Below are positions 45,956-55,396 of a stretch of 64,000 nucleotides of DNA, piece after piece. Position numbers and translations under genes: made by a program. Positions within the stretch are counted from its first letter, which is position 1; each line of letters opens with the position of its first letter. The notes below the pieces were generated by a model that saw only the letters and a list, made by a program, of their open reading frames with translations, did not search any database and was not told where the DNA came from. The stretch is from contig JAHXQP010000020.1 of the NCBI GenBank assembly GCA_019391515.1, positions 156,367 to 220,366 of the forward strand. Reading direction: 5' to 3'. Source of the DNA: Clostridiaceae bacterium (GTDB lineage: Bacteria > Bacillota > Clostridia > Tissierellales > Sporanaerobacteraceae).

Positions 45956-47353
45956 TTGTCAGGTGTAAAAATAACAGAAACTATATTAAGAGATGCTCAT
46001 CAATCATTGATAGCTACTAGAATGAAAACAGAAGAAATGCTGCCTATTCTTGAAAAATTGGATCAAGTTGGATATTATTCTTTAGAAGTATGGGGTGGGG
46101 CTACTTTTGATTCTTGCTTGAGATTTTTAAAAGAAGATCCATGGGAACGACTTAGAGTTTTAAGAAAAAACTTTAAAAATACTAAACTACAAATGTTACT
46201 CAGAGGTCAAAATTTGTTGGGGTACAAGCATTATTCTGATGATGTTGTAGAAGAGTTTGTAAAAAAGTCTATAGGAAACGGTATAGATATAATAAGAATA
46301 TTTGATGCATTAAATGACACTAGAAATTTAAGAACTGCTGTAGAAACAACTAAGAAATCAGGAGGACATGCTCAAACAGCAATATCTTATACAGTAAGTC
46401 CAGTTCACAATATTGATTATTATGTAAACTTAGCTATAGAAATGGAAAATATGGGGGCTGATTCAATATGTATAAAGGATATGTCTGGCATATTACTTCC
46501 ATATGTTGCAGAGAAATTGATTAAACAGATAAAAGAAGAGATTCTCATACCTGTGCAAGTTCATTCACACTTCACTAGTGGAATAGCAAATCAAACCTAT
46601 ATGAAATCAATAGAAGCTGGTGCAGATATAATAGATACTGCAATTTCTCCATTTGGAATGGGTACAAGCCAACCTGCAACTGAACCTATGGTAGCTTCTT
46701 TAAAAAATTCTCCTTATGATCCGGGATTAGATATGGATCTATTATTAGAAATCTCCGAGTATTTTAAAGATATAAAAGAAAAATATATAAATGATGGAGT
46801 ATTAGATCCTAAAGTGCTTGAAGTAAATGTGAAGACTTTGAAATATCAAGTGCCAGGAGGAATGTTGTCTAATTTAGTATCTCAATTAAAAGCTCAAGGT
46901 GCTTTAGATAGATTTGAAGATGTTTTGGAAGAAGTTCCAAGGGTGAGAGAAGATTTAGGTTATCCTCCATTAGTGACCCCTATGAGTCAAATGGTAGGGA
47001 CTCAATCTGTATTTAATGTTGTTTTAGGTGAGAGATATAAAATGATACCTAAAGAAGTTAAAAACTATGTTAAAGGATTGTATGGAAAACCTACTGTTCC
47101 CATAAAAGATCATATTAAAAAAATAATAATTGGAAATGAAAAAGTTTTTACAGGACGTCCTGCAGATTTATTGGAACCTGAATTAGATGCTTTAAAAGAA
47201 AATATTAAAGAGTACATAGAACAAGATGAAGATGTATTATCTTATGCACTATTTCCTCAAGTTGCATTAGATTATTTTAAGTATAGAGAAGCTAAAAAAT
47301 ATAAAATAGATACAAATTTATTGAATGAAGAGTTTAAAACTTATCCTATATAA
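45956..47353 (+). CDS. oadA: Oxaloacetate decarboxylase alpha/pyruvate carboxylase B carboxyltransferase domain (no biotinyl domain)
   Basis: LRDAHQSL.ATRM, WGGATFD, MLLRGQN, IKDM.G, H.H.T.G, VPGGMLSN, YPPLVTP.SQ.VG. Confidence 0.9.
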   Translation: MSGVKITETILRDAHQSLIATRMKTEEMLPILEKLDQVGYYSLEVWGGATFDSCLRFLKEDPWERLRVLRKNFKNTKLQMLLRGQNLLGYKHYSDDVVEEFVKKSIGNGIDIIRIFDALNDTRNLRTAVETTKKSGGHAQTAISYTVSPVHNIDYYVNLAIEMENMGADSICIKDMSGILLPYVAEKLIKQIKEEILIPVQVHSHFTSGIANQTYMKSIEAGADIIDTAISPFGMGTSQPATEPMVASLKNSPYDPGLDMDLLLEISEYFKDIKEKYINDGVLDPKVLEVNVKTLKYQVPGGMLSNLVSQLKAQGALDRFEDVLEEVPRVREDLGYPPLVTPMSQMVGTQSVFNVVLGERYKMIPKEVKNYVKGLYGKPTVPIKDHIKKIIIGNEKVFTGRPADLLEPELDALKENIKEYIEQDEDVLSYALFPQVALDYFKYREAKKYKIDTNLLNEEFKTYPI

Positions 47354-47392
47354 AGAATTAAAAAGCCCATATGGGCTTTTTAATTCTTTATA
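47349..47392 (+). terminator. 44-bp perfect palindrome over oadA stop
   Basis: TATAAAGAATTAAAAAGCCCAT|ATGGGCTTTTTAATTCTTTATA. Confidence 0.8.
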
Positions 47393-47463
47393 ACAATAAA
47401 ACATTATTACATGAAGTAAAACTTGCAAAACAATAATAAAAAGTAATAAAAATGAAATAAATC

Positions 47464-47492
47464 TTGCAAATATTTATTCAATTTGTTATTAT
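47464..47492 (+). promoter_or_regulatory. sigmaA promoter of kor operon
   Basis: TTGCAA-N17-TATTAT with extended -10 TG. Confidence 0.65.
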
Positions 47493-47530
47493 TTAAGTAA
47501 AGAAATATTTATGATAAGGGGGAAAGTAAT

Positions 47531-47743
47531 GTGCCTGAGAAAACGTTTAAAATGCTACAAATAAATGAAAAGTGGTGTAAGGGTTGTGGTATATGTGTAG
47601 CATTTTGTCCTAAAGATGTTCTTGATATCAAAAGTGGAAAAGTAATAATCAAAGATATAGATGCATGTATTAAATGTGGTCAATGTGAGTTAAGATGTCC
47701 AGATTATGCTATTTATTTAGGAGGTGAAGATAATGAAAAATAA
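47531..47743 (+). CDS. korD: 2-oxoacid:ferredoxin oxidoreductase delta subunit (2x[4Fe-4S])
   Basis: CKGCGICVAFCP and CIKCGQCELRCP. Confidence 0.88.
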   Translation: MPEKTFKMLQINEKWCKGCGICVAFCPKDVLDIKSGKVIIKDIDACIKCGQCELRCPDYAIYLGGEDNEK

Positions 47744-48869
47744 AACTGTAAAATTGATGCAAGGGAATGAAGCATGTGTAGAAGGAGCTCTTGCAGCAGG
47801 TATGAGATTTTATGCAGGATATCCTATAACTCCATCTACAGAAATAGCTGAAATTTCTGCAGCTAAACTTCCTAGAATTGGTGGAAAGTTTATTCAAATG
47901 GAAGATGAAATAGCAAGTATGGGAGCAGTAATAGGTGCTTCTTTAACTGGATTAAAATCTATGACTGCAACTAGTGGACCAGGTTTTTCATTAAAACAAG
48001 AAAATATAGGATATGCTGCAATGGCAGAAATCCCCTGTGTTATAGCAGATGTTCAAAGAGGAGGACCTAGTACTGGACTTCCTACGTCACCTGCCCAAGG
48101 AGATGTAATGCAAGCTAAATGGGGAACCCATGGAGATCATCCAATGATAGCTTTAAGTCCATCTTCTGTTAAAGAAACTTATGAAGTTACTATTAAAGCT
48201 TTCAATTTAGCAGAAAAGTATAGAACTCCAGTTATAATATTAATGGATGAAGTAATTGCTCATATGAGAGAAAAAATAGAAATACCTGATAAAGATGAAT
48301 TGGAAATAATCAATAGGACAAAACCTGAAAATAACTTTGAAAACTATAATCCTTATGAAGTCAAAGAAGGGGAGCTGGTTCCTCCAATGGCAAGTTTTGG
48401 TGAGGGTTATAAATTTCATATAACTGGATTAGTTCATGATAAAACAGGTTTTCCAACTAATAAATCAGATGTAGCAGAAGATTTAATAAATAGACTAGTT
48501 AAAAAGGTGGAAAAAAATACTGAAGATATAGTAGAATATGAAGAATATTTTTTAGAAGATGCAGATATAGCGATATTAGCCTATGGTGGAACTGCTAGAG
48601 CAGTTAAAAGTGCTATAGATATGGCGAGAGAAGAAAATATGAAAGTTGGAATGTTCAGACCTATTACAATTTGGCCTTCTCCTGAAGAACAAATTCGTAA
48701 ACTAGCTGAAAAGGTTAGAAAAATAATAGTAATAGAAATGAATTTAGGTCAATATTATCTTGAAGTTGATAGAATTGCTAATAAATTAACAGAAGTACAT
48801 AAATATGGTAGAGTTAATGGAGAATTGATAACTCCTGATGAAATTATATCATATATTAAGGAGGTTTAG
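47733..48869 (+). CDS. korA: 2-oxoacid:ferredoxin oxidoreductase alpha subunit
   Basis: GNEA, YPITPSTE, QMEDE, TATSGPG.SL.QE, QRGGPSTGLPT; start ATG 47733. Confidence 0.92.
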   Translation: MKNKTVKLMQGNEACVEGALAAGMRFYAGYPITPSTEIAEISAAKLPRIGGKFIQMEDEIASMGAVIGASLTGLKSMTATSGPGFSLKQENIGYAAMAEIPCVIADVQRGGPSTGLPTSPAQGDVMQAKWGTHGDHPMIALSPSSVKETYEVTIKAFNLAEKYRTPVIILMDEVIAHMREKIEIPDKDELEIINRTKPENNFENYNPYEVKEGELVPPMASFGEGYKFHITGLVHDKTGFPTNKSDVAEDLINRLVKKVEKNTEDIVEYEEYFLEDADIAILAYGGTARAVKSAIDMAREENMKVGMFRPITIWPSPEEQIRKLAEKVRKIIVIEMNLGQYYLEVDRIANKLTEVHKYGRVNGELITPDEIISYIKEV

Positions 48870-48872
48870 AAA

Positions 48873-49682
48873 TTGCCTAGTCAATTAATAAATAATTATT
48901 TTAGAACTAATAGTTTACCACATATATGGTGTCCGGGTTGTGGAAATGGCATAGTTACACGTTCAATTGTTGAAGCAATAGATAATTTAAATTTGGATAG
49001 AGATAAAGTTTGTATTGTTTCTGGAATAGGTTGTTCATCAAGAGCTTCAGGTTATCTGGATTTTAATACATTGCATACAACTCATGGAAGAGCTCTAACA
49101 TTTGCTACTGGAATAAAGATGGCTAAGCCTGGTTTAGAAGTTATAGTGATTACTGGAGATGGAGATTGTTCCGCAATTGGAGGAAACCATTTAATACATG
49201 CTTCAAGAAGAAATATAAATATTACTACTATAGTTTATAATAATAATATATATGGAATGACGGGAGGACAATACTCTCCTACAACTCCTAAAGGAGATAA
49301 GGGCACTACAGCACCTTATGGAAGTATTGACACTGATTTTGATCTTTGCAATTTAACTGCTGGAGCTGGTGCAACTTATGTAGGAAGAGCTACGGTATTT
49401 AATCCAAAACTAATTGTGAAATTAATAGAAAATGGTATAAAGAATAAAGGATTTTCTTTTATAGAAGCTGTAACAACATGCCCAACTTATTATGGAAGGA
49501 AAAATAAGAAAGGCAGTGCTGTAGATATGATGAGATACTTAAAAGATAATTCTATTAATATAGAGACAGCTAAAAAATTAGAAGATAATAAATTAAAGGA
49601 TAAAATTATAGTTGGAGAATTATATAAAAACATTAGACCTGAATATACAGATGAATATAATAAAATAGTAGATTCTTTTTAA
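48873..49682 (+). CDS. korB: 2-oxoacid:ferredoxin oxidoreductase beta subunit
   Basis: WCPGCG, SGIGCS, HGRA, GDGD..AIGGNH, NN.IYGMTGGQ. Confidence 0.92.
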   Translation: MPSQLINNYFRTNSLPHIWCPGCGNGIVTRSIVEAIDNLNLDRDKVCIVSGIGCSSRASGYLDFNTLHTTHGRALTFATGIKMAKPGLEVIVITGDGDCSAIGGNHLIHASRRNINITTIVYNNNIYGMTGGQYSPTTPKGDKGTTAPYGSIDTDFDLCNLTAGAGATYVGRATVFNPKLIVKLIENGIKNKGFSFIEAVTTCPTYYGRKNKKGSAVDMMRYLKDNSINIETAKKLEDNKLKDKIIVGELYKNIRPEYTDEYNKIVDSF

Positions 49683-49697
49683 AAGGAGGGTAATTTC

Positions 49698-50303
49698 ATG
49701 GTGCAAAAAGAATTAAGATTAAGTGGTTCAGGAGGACAAGGATTAATATTGGCAGGTATTATTCTAGCAGAGGCAGCCCTTTTAGATGAAAAAAATGTGG
49801 TTCAATCCCAATCCTACGGTCCAGAAGCTAGAGGTGGAGCAAGTAAAGCAGAAGTCATTATTAGTGAGAAAGAAATAAATTATCCTAAGGTAAGAAATTG
49901 CGATGTTTTATTAGCATTGACTCAAGTTGCTTGTGATAAATATATAGATTCTTTAAAAGAAGGTGGATCATTAATTTTAGATAGTAGTGTAAAAAATAAG
50001 CCTGATAGGAAAGATATAGATATTTATAATGTGCCAATATTAGAGACTGCAGAAAAAAAACTGCATAAACCAATGGTTGCAAATATGATAGCATTAGGAA
50101 GTTTAAATGGACTTATTAGAATTGTAAGCGATAATTCACTAGAGAAGGCTGTATTAAATAGGGTTCCAAAAGGTACTGAAACAATAAATAAAACTGCATT
50201 GAAAGAAGGTTTAAATCTAATAAGAAAATATAAGGGAGAATATTATGAAAGACAATACAGATCTAATGAAATTAATGCAACAGAACTTTGCCAGGCTAAG
50301 TAA
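49698..50303 (+). CDS. korC: 2-oxoacid:ferredoxin oxidoreductase gamma subunit
   Basis: G.GGQG.IL.G, QSYGPEARGG.S..EV, N.I.LG. Confidence 0.9.
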   Translation: MVQKELRLSGSGGQGLILAGIILAEAALLDEKNVVQSQSYGPEARGGASKAEVIISEKEINYPKVRNCDVLLALTQVACDKYIDSLKEGGSLILDSSVKNKPDRKDIDIYNVPILETAEKKLHKPMVANMIALGSLNGLIRIVSDNSLEKAVLNRVPKGTETINKTALKEGLNLIRKYKGEYYERQYRSNEINATELCQAK

Positions 50304-51135
50304 GGGGCAAAAACTAATTGCTGAATATATTATGGAGAATTATGATAAAGCAGCTTTCATGACAGCAGCAAAACTAGGTGAAACAGTAGGAGTAAGTGAA
50401 TCAACTGTAGTAAGATTTGCAGATACTTTAGGTTATAATGGGTATAGAGAATTGCAAAATGAATTACAAGAGGTTATTAAAAATAAATTGACTACAGTCC
50501 AAAGAATATCTTTGGTTGATGACTATTCCAATAAAGAAAATTTATTGAAAAAAGTTTTTAAGAAGGATATGTCTAATATAAATAAAACTATAGATGAAAT
50601 TGATTATGAAATTTTTCAAGAGGCAGTAAATGAAATTTTAAATAGTGAAAAAGTGTATGTACTAGGATTAAGGAGTTCATCTTTTTTAGCAGGTTATTTA
50701 GGATTCTATTTAAATTTTATATTAGAAAATGTAACTGTTGTAACTGCAGGACCTAGCGATATTTTTGAACAATTATTAAAAGTTACTAACAAAGATATAG
50801 TTATTGGAATTAGTTATCCTAGATATTCAACTAGAACCTTAGAGGCTTTGAACTATGTTAAAGAAAAAGGTTGTAAAGTTGTAGGAATAACAGATAGTTT
50901 GATTTCACCTGCTGCTCAAATATCTGATATAACACTTCTTGCTAGCAGCAATATGGTTTCTTTTGTTGATTCATTAGTAGCGCCAATGAGTTTGATAAAC
51001 GCATTGGTAATTGCAATTGGAATGGAAAAGAAAGATGATATAACTAGGTATTTTGGAAGTTTGGAAGATATTTGGAAAAAACATAGTGTATATAATTTTA
51101 GCAATAAAAATAAGGGAAATATAAAAAACAGATAG
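50245..51135 (+). CDS. MurR/RpiR-family transcriptional regulator
   Basis: HTH (LS..Q..IA.YI, VSESTVVRFA..LGY.GY) plus SIS domain (G.RSS, S.PRYS, ITDS..SP). Confidence 0.93.
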   Translation: MKDNTDLMKLMQQNFARLSKGQKLIAEYIMENYDKAAFMTAAKLGETVGVSESTVVRFADTLGYNGYRELQNELQEVIKNKLTTVQRISLVDDYSNKENLLKKVFKKDMSNINKTIDEIDYEIFQEAVNEILNSEKVYVLGLRSSSFLAGYLGFYLNFILENVTVVTAGPSDIFEQLLKVTNKDIVIGISYPRYSTRTLEALNYVKEKGCKVVGITDSLISPAAQISDITLLASSNMVSFVDSLVAPMSLINALVIAIGMEKKDDITRYFGSLEDIWKKHSVYNFSNKNKGNIKNR

Positions 51136-51170
51136 AGTAGGTAAAAAATTTAACTCTATCTGTTTTTTAT
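51121..51170 (+). terminator. Terminator after rpiR
   Basis: 18-bp stem ATAAAAAACAGATAGAGT-N14-ACTCTATCTGTTTTTTAT. Confidence 0.75.
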
Positions 51171-51177
51171 ATTTAAT

Positions 51178-51206
51178 ATCATAATAAATCTTATCATAAT
51201 TGATAA
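51178..51206. repeat. Shared intergenic element, copy 2 (candidate operator)
   Basis: ATCATA-ATAA-ATCTTATCATAATTGATAA; 25/29 identical to 27394-27422. Confidence 0.65.
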
Positions 51207-51274
51207 ATTAACATTATCTAAATTTCTAAAAATATATTATAATAATAGTATCATATTAAAAAGGAGAATATAAA

Positions 51275-51889
51275 ATGAGAAAACTATATTTAGTAAGACA
51301 TGGTGAATCCGAATGGAATATTTTAAAAAAAGTTCAAGGCCAGAAAGATGTTAATTTGACTAAAAAAGGGGAAAAGCAGGCTGAAAAAATTGCAAATAGA
51401 TTAGATAGTGAAAATATAGATATAATATATTCTAGTGATTTAAAAAGAGCATTTGAAACTGCGAAAACAATAGGAAATAAACTGAAATTAGATGTGAACC
51501 TTGATAAAAGTTTTAGGGAAATTAATTTTGGAATTTGGGAAGGTATTCCAACAAAAGAGCTTTCTGATAAATACTGTGAAGAACATCTTTTATGGATGAA
51601 AGAACCTCATAAATTAAAACTAGAAGGAGCAGAAACTTTAGGAGAACTACAAAATAGAACCATTAAAGGAATTAATAGAATCTCCAAACTAAATCCGAGC
51701 AAAAACATTTTAATAGTATCTCATAGTGCTGCAATTAAAACTATTATCTTAGGATTATTAGATATGGATATTAGATATTATAGTAAAATGTCTTTAAATA
51801 ATGTTAGTTTAAGTATTATTGAATTTAGGGATTATAATAATGTATTAAAATTATTTAATGATACTTGTCACCTTAGGGAGGAAAAGTAA
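51275..51889 (+). CDS. Histidine phosphatase (GpmB/CobC/PspA-like)
   Basis: VRHGESEWN, SSDL.RA, E..FG.WEG, SH. Confidence 0.9.
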   Translation: MRKLYLVRHGESEWNILKKVQGQKDVNLTKKGEKQAEKIANRLDSENIDIIYSSDLKRAFETAKTIGNKLKLDVNLDKSFREINFGIWEGIPTKELSDKYCEEHLLWMKEPHKLKLEGAETLGELQNRTIKGINRISKLNPSKNILIVSHSAAIKTIILGLLDMDIRYYSKMSLNNVSLSIIEFRDYNNVLKLFNDTCHLREEK

Positions 51890-53118
51890 TGGAAGAAAAG
51901 ATAGCGGTAATAGGCGGAGGTCCATCTGGAATGGTGGCTGCTGGATTCGCAAGTTCAAAGCATAAAAATGTGAAATTATTTGAGAAAAATAATAAACTAG
52001 GCAAAAAACTTTTCATAACAGGAAAAGGACGTTGTAATATTACAAATAATATGGATATAGAAAATTTTTTAGATAATGTCACAACTAATAAGGACTTTTT
52101 ATACAGTGCATTGTACAGCTTTACTAATACAGATATATTATCACTCTTATCTAATTATAATCTTAAAACCAAAGCTGAAAGAGGAGGTAGGGTATTTCCA
52201 GTATCAAATAAATCGAGTGATGTTATAAAAGCTTTTAAAAAATTTTTAATAGAAAAAAATGTAAATGTAATTTTAAATAAGGAAGTCAATAAAATTATAT
52301 GCAAAAACAGTTTTTTTGTATTAGAATTTAAAGATGGTTCTAATGAAAAGTTTGATAAAGTAATAGTTGCAACAGGAGGTAAGTCTTATCCTGTAACTGG
52401 TTCTACTGGGGATGGGTATAGGTTTGCAAAACACTTAGGACATTCAATTATAGATTTAAAACCTGCATTGGTACCTTGTGAGGTTCGAGAGAATTGGGTT
52501 AAAGATATACAGGGTTTAACTTTAAAAAATGTTAGCATTTCTGCTTTTATTGATAATAGAAAAGTTTATGAAAATTTTGGAGAAATGCTATTTACTCATT
52601 TTGGAATAACAGGACCAATAGTTTTAACTATGAGCAATATAATAAATAAATATGTAGAACAAAAAAGAAAAATAAACTTTTTTATAGATTTAAAACCTGC
52701 TCTTTCATTAGAAAAACTTGATAATCGCATTTTAAGAGATTTTGATAAATATAATAATAAGCAAGTTAAAAATGGATTAAAGGATCTATTGCCTCAAAAT
52801 CTCATACCAATTGTATTAAAACTATCAGGTATTGCTGAAGAAAAAAGCATTAATCAAATAACTAAAGAAGAAAGAAATAGGCTTACAAAAACTATTAAAA
52901 ATATGAAACTAAGTTTTTTAAAATTTAGGCCATTAGATGAGGCCATTGTTACATCTGGAGGAGTTTCTACTCTAGAAATAGATCCTTCCACTATGGAATC
53001 TAAACTAGTTTCCGGATTGTTTTTTGCAGGTGAAGTTATTGATGTAGAAGCATTAACAGGAGGATATAATTTGCAAATTGCATATTCAACTGGTTATTTA
53101 GCAGGCATTAACTGTTAG
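51889..53118 (+). CDS. HI0933/BaiN-family flavoprotein (YhiN/RdsA-like)
   Basis: GGGPSG, GKKL.ITGKGRCN.TN, GR.FP, TGG.SYP.TGSTGDG, FTHFGITGP, TSGGV, TGGYNLQ. Confidence 0.9.
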   Translation: MEEKIAVIGGGPSGMVAAGFASSKHKNVKLFEKNNKLGKKLFITGKGRCNITNNMDIENFLDNVTTNKDFLYSALYSFTNTDILSLLSNYNLKTKAERGGRVFPVSNKSSDVIKAFKKFLIEKNVNVILNKEVNKIICKNSFFVLEFKDGSNEKFDKVIVATGGKSYPVTGSTGDGYRFAKHLGHSIIDLKPALVPCEVRENWVKDIQGLTLKNVSISAFIDNRKVYENFGEMLFTHFGITGPIVLTMSNIINKYVEQKRKINFFIDLKPALSLEKLDNRILRDFDKYNNKQVKNGLKDLLPQNLIPIVLKLSGIAEEKSINQITKEERNRLTKTIKNMKLSFLKFRPLDEAIVTSGGVSTLEIDPSTMESKLVSGLFFAGEVIDVEALTGGYNLQIAYSTGYLAGINC

Positions 53119-53204
53119 TATAATATCTAATTTTATATCTATACATTATTTATATATATATTACATAAACTTATAATATATAAATTAATGTATAGGAGGC
53201 TACT

Positions 53205-53651
53205 ATGGATAACCTATTTAAAAAGATTGAATTATTTATTCTAACTTTAGCTATAATGAGTTTAATATTTTTAGTATGTATACAATTTATAAATATAAAA
53301 GATGACAATATAATAAATACAACTAAATTTAATGATGGTATCAAATATGTTTCATTAAATGATATAAAAGAAATGGATAGTGGTATTTTAGTATTAAAGC
53401 TTATAGATAATAAACAAGAAGACATTAAAGTGTTAATAAATGGAGAAGAAGTAAGTGATTTTTCCAAAAAAGATGAAATTGAAATAAGTGTTTCAAATAA
53501 AGATTTAGTTGAAATAGATGGAACAAGGTATATAGAAAAAAACACAATAAAAGTAATTGGTGTCAGTAAAAACATTGAAAGCCCCAAACTAAATACAACT
53601 GTGTCTACATCTCAAAGCATAGAAATATTAGGTAAAGTAAAATTAAAATAG
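53205..53651 (+). CDS. Membrane-anchored hypothetical protein
   Basis: GGAGG RBS, N-terminal TM, beta-rich C-terminal domain. Confidence 0.75.
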   Translation: MDNLFKKIELFILTLAIMSLIFLVCIQFINIKDDNIINTTKFNDGIKYVSLNDIKEMDSGILVLKLIDNKQEDIKVLINGEEVSDFSKKDEIEISVSNKDLVEIDGTRYIEKNTIKVIGVSKNIESPKLNTTVSTSQSIEILGKVKLK

Positions 53652-53652
53652 C

Positions 53653-53681
53653 TTGAGAGATTGATATTTTTAATATATAAT
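53653..53681 (+). promoter_or_regulatory. sigmaA promoter for aroH-cmk-plsC-ispH/rpsA
   Basis: TTGAGA-N17-TATAAT. Confidence 0.7.
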
Positions 53682-53702
53682 AAAAAAAGGATAGTGGTAT
53701 AA

Positions 53703-54065
53703 ATGAGTGTTATTGCTATAAGAGGTGCGATAACTGTAGAAAATAATGATTCTGAAGATATAATGATAAATACAGTAATTTTATTAAAGGAAATAGAGAA
53801 GAGAAATCATTTAAATAAAGATAAAGTAATTAGTATTTTATTTTCTTCTACTAGTGATTTAAATAAGGAGTATCCTGCAAAAGCTGCAAGAAATATTGGA
53901 TATAAAGATTCTGCATTGATGTGTTTTAATGAAATGGAAGTTGAAGGAAGTTTAAAAAAATGTATAAGAGTGATGTTATTATATAGTTCTAATATAGATC
54001 AAAAAGACGTAAAACATGTTTATTTGAAAGGAGCAAAATCTTTAAGACCTGATTTGAATAAATAA
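53703..54065 (+). CDS. aroH: Chorismate mutase, AroH class
   Basis: AIRGAITV, FS.T.DL...YPA..AR, L.KCIRV, V.HVYL.GA..LRPDL. Confidence 0.93.
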   Translation: MSVIAIRGAITVENNDSEDIMINTVILLKEIEKRNHLNKDKVISILFSSTSDLNKEYPAKAARNIGYKDSALMCFNEMEVEGSLKKCIRVMLLYSSNIDQKDVKHVYLKGAKSLRPDLNK

Positions 54066-54121
54066 AGAGCAGCAAAACCACCAAATGGTGGTTATAGTTT
54101 TACATAAGGAGGATTTAAACT

Positions 54122-54790
54122 ATGGATAATAAATGTGACAATATTTCTATTGCTATAGATGGACCAGCGGGAGCAGGGAAAAGTACAATATCTAAATTGG
54201 TTGCTAAAAAACTAAATATAGAATATGTTGATACGGGAGCAATATATAGAGCTTTTACTTTAAAATTATTAGAAGAAAAAATAGATTTAACTGATGAATT
54301 TAAAGTTTTAAAAGAGTTGAAAAATACTTCTATAAATTTTATGGATGGACATATTTATTTAGATTCCAAAATTGTAGACAAGCAGATTAGGGATAATATT
54401 GTTAGTCAAAATGTATCAAATATAGCAAAGATCAAAGAAGTAAGGGAAGAAATGATAAAATTACAGAGAAAAATTTCTGAAGGTAAAAACATTATAATGG
54501 ATGGCAGAGATATAGGTACTGTAGTATTACCAAATGCAAAATTTAAGTTTTTTATTATTGCTTCTGTTGAAGAAAGGGCTAAAAGAAGATATAAAGATTT
54601 AATTAAAAAAGAAGAAAAAAATATTTCTTTGGAACAAGTTAAGAAAGAAATAGAAAAACGTGATAAAATAGATAGCACTAGAGCTATTGCCCCCCTAAAA
54701 AAATCTGTAGATGCTATTGAAATAGATACAACTAATAAATCAGTAAATGAATGCGTTAAATTAATAGTTGATATAGTTGAAGGGAGGTAA
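54122..54790 (+). CDS. cmk: Cytidylate kinase
   Basis: IAIDGPAGAGKST, DTGA.YRA, DGRDIGTVV.P.A, RD..DS.R. Confidence 0.97.
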   Translation: MDNKCDNISIAIDGPAGAGKSTISKLVAKKLNIEYVDTGAIYRAFTLKLLEEKIDLTDEFKVLKELKNTSINFMDGHIYLDSKIVDKQIRDNIVSQNVSNIAKIKEVREEMIKLQRKISEGKNIIMDGRDIGTVVLPNAKFKFFIIASVEERAKRRYKDLIKKEEKNISLEQVKKEIEKRDKIDSTRAIAPLKKSVDAIEIDTTNKSVNECVKLIVDIVEGR

Positions 54791-54793
54791 GAA

Positions 54794-55375
54794 ATGCCAT
54801 TTTTTTATAGACTTTGTTATTTTATTGGTAATATTATTTTTAGAATTATATTTAGATTTAAAGTAACGGGAAAACATAATATTCCTAAAGAAGGAAAAGT
54901 TATTTTATGTTCTAACCATATTAGTGATCTGGATCCTCTAATATTAGGTTTAGTTATTCCTAGAAATATACGATTTATGGCTAAAAAAGAGTTATTTGAA
55001 AATAAATTTCTTGGTGGACTAGTAAATGGTTTGGGTGCTTTTCCAGTAGATAGAAAATCAGCAGATTTGTCTGCGATTAGAAACTCTCTAAGTGTTCTAA
55101 AAAATGGCGAAGTACTAGGAATATTTCCTGAAGGAACAAGAGTAAATGAAGAAAATATCGAAAATGCTAAACCTGGCATTGCTTTAATAAGTATAAAAGC
55201 TAAAGCACCGGTGATTCCCATATATATTGAATCTAAATATAAACCTTTTAGCAAAATCAAAATAAATATAGGTGAACCTATATATTTTAATGAATATTAT
55301 GGAAAAAAACTTAAAACAGAAGATTATAGAGTTCTTAGTCAAGAAATAATGAAATCAATTTACTCTTTAAAATAA
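54794..55375 (+). CDS. plsC: 1-acyl-sn-glycerol-3-phosphate acyltransferase
   Basis: NH.S.LD, FMAKKELF, FPEGTR. Confidence 0.93.
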   Translation: MPFFYRLCYFIGNIIFRIIFRFKVTGKHNIPKEGKVILCSNHISDLDPLILGLVIPRNIRFMAKKELFENKFLGGLVNGLGAFPVDRKSADLSAIRNSLSVLKNGEVLGIFPEGTRVNEENIENAKPGIALISIKAKAPVIPIYIESKYKPFSKIKINIGEPIYFNEYYGKKLKTEDYRVLSQEIMKSIYSLK

Positions 55376-55396
55376 TTATTTTAGGAGGATATAGAA

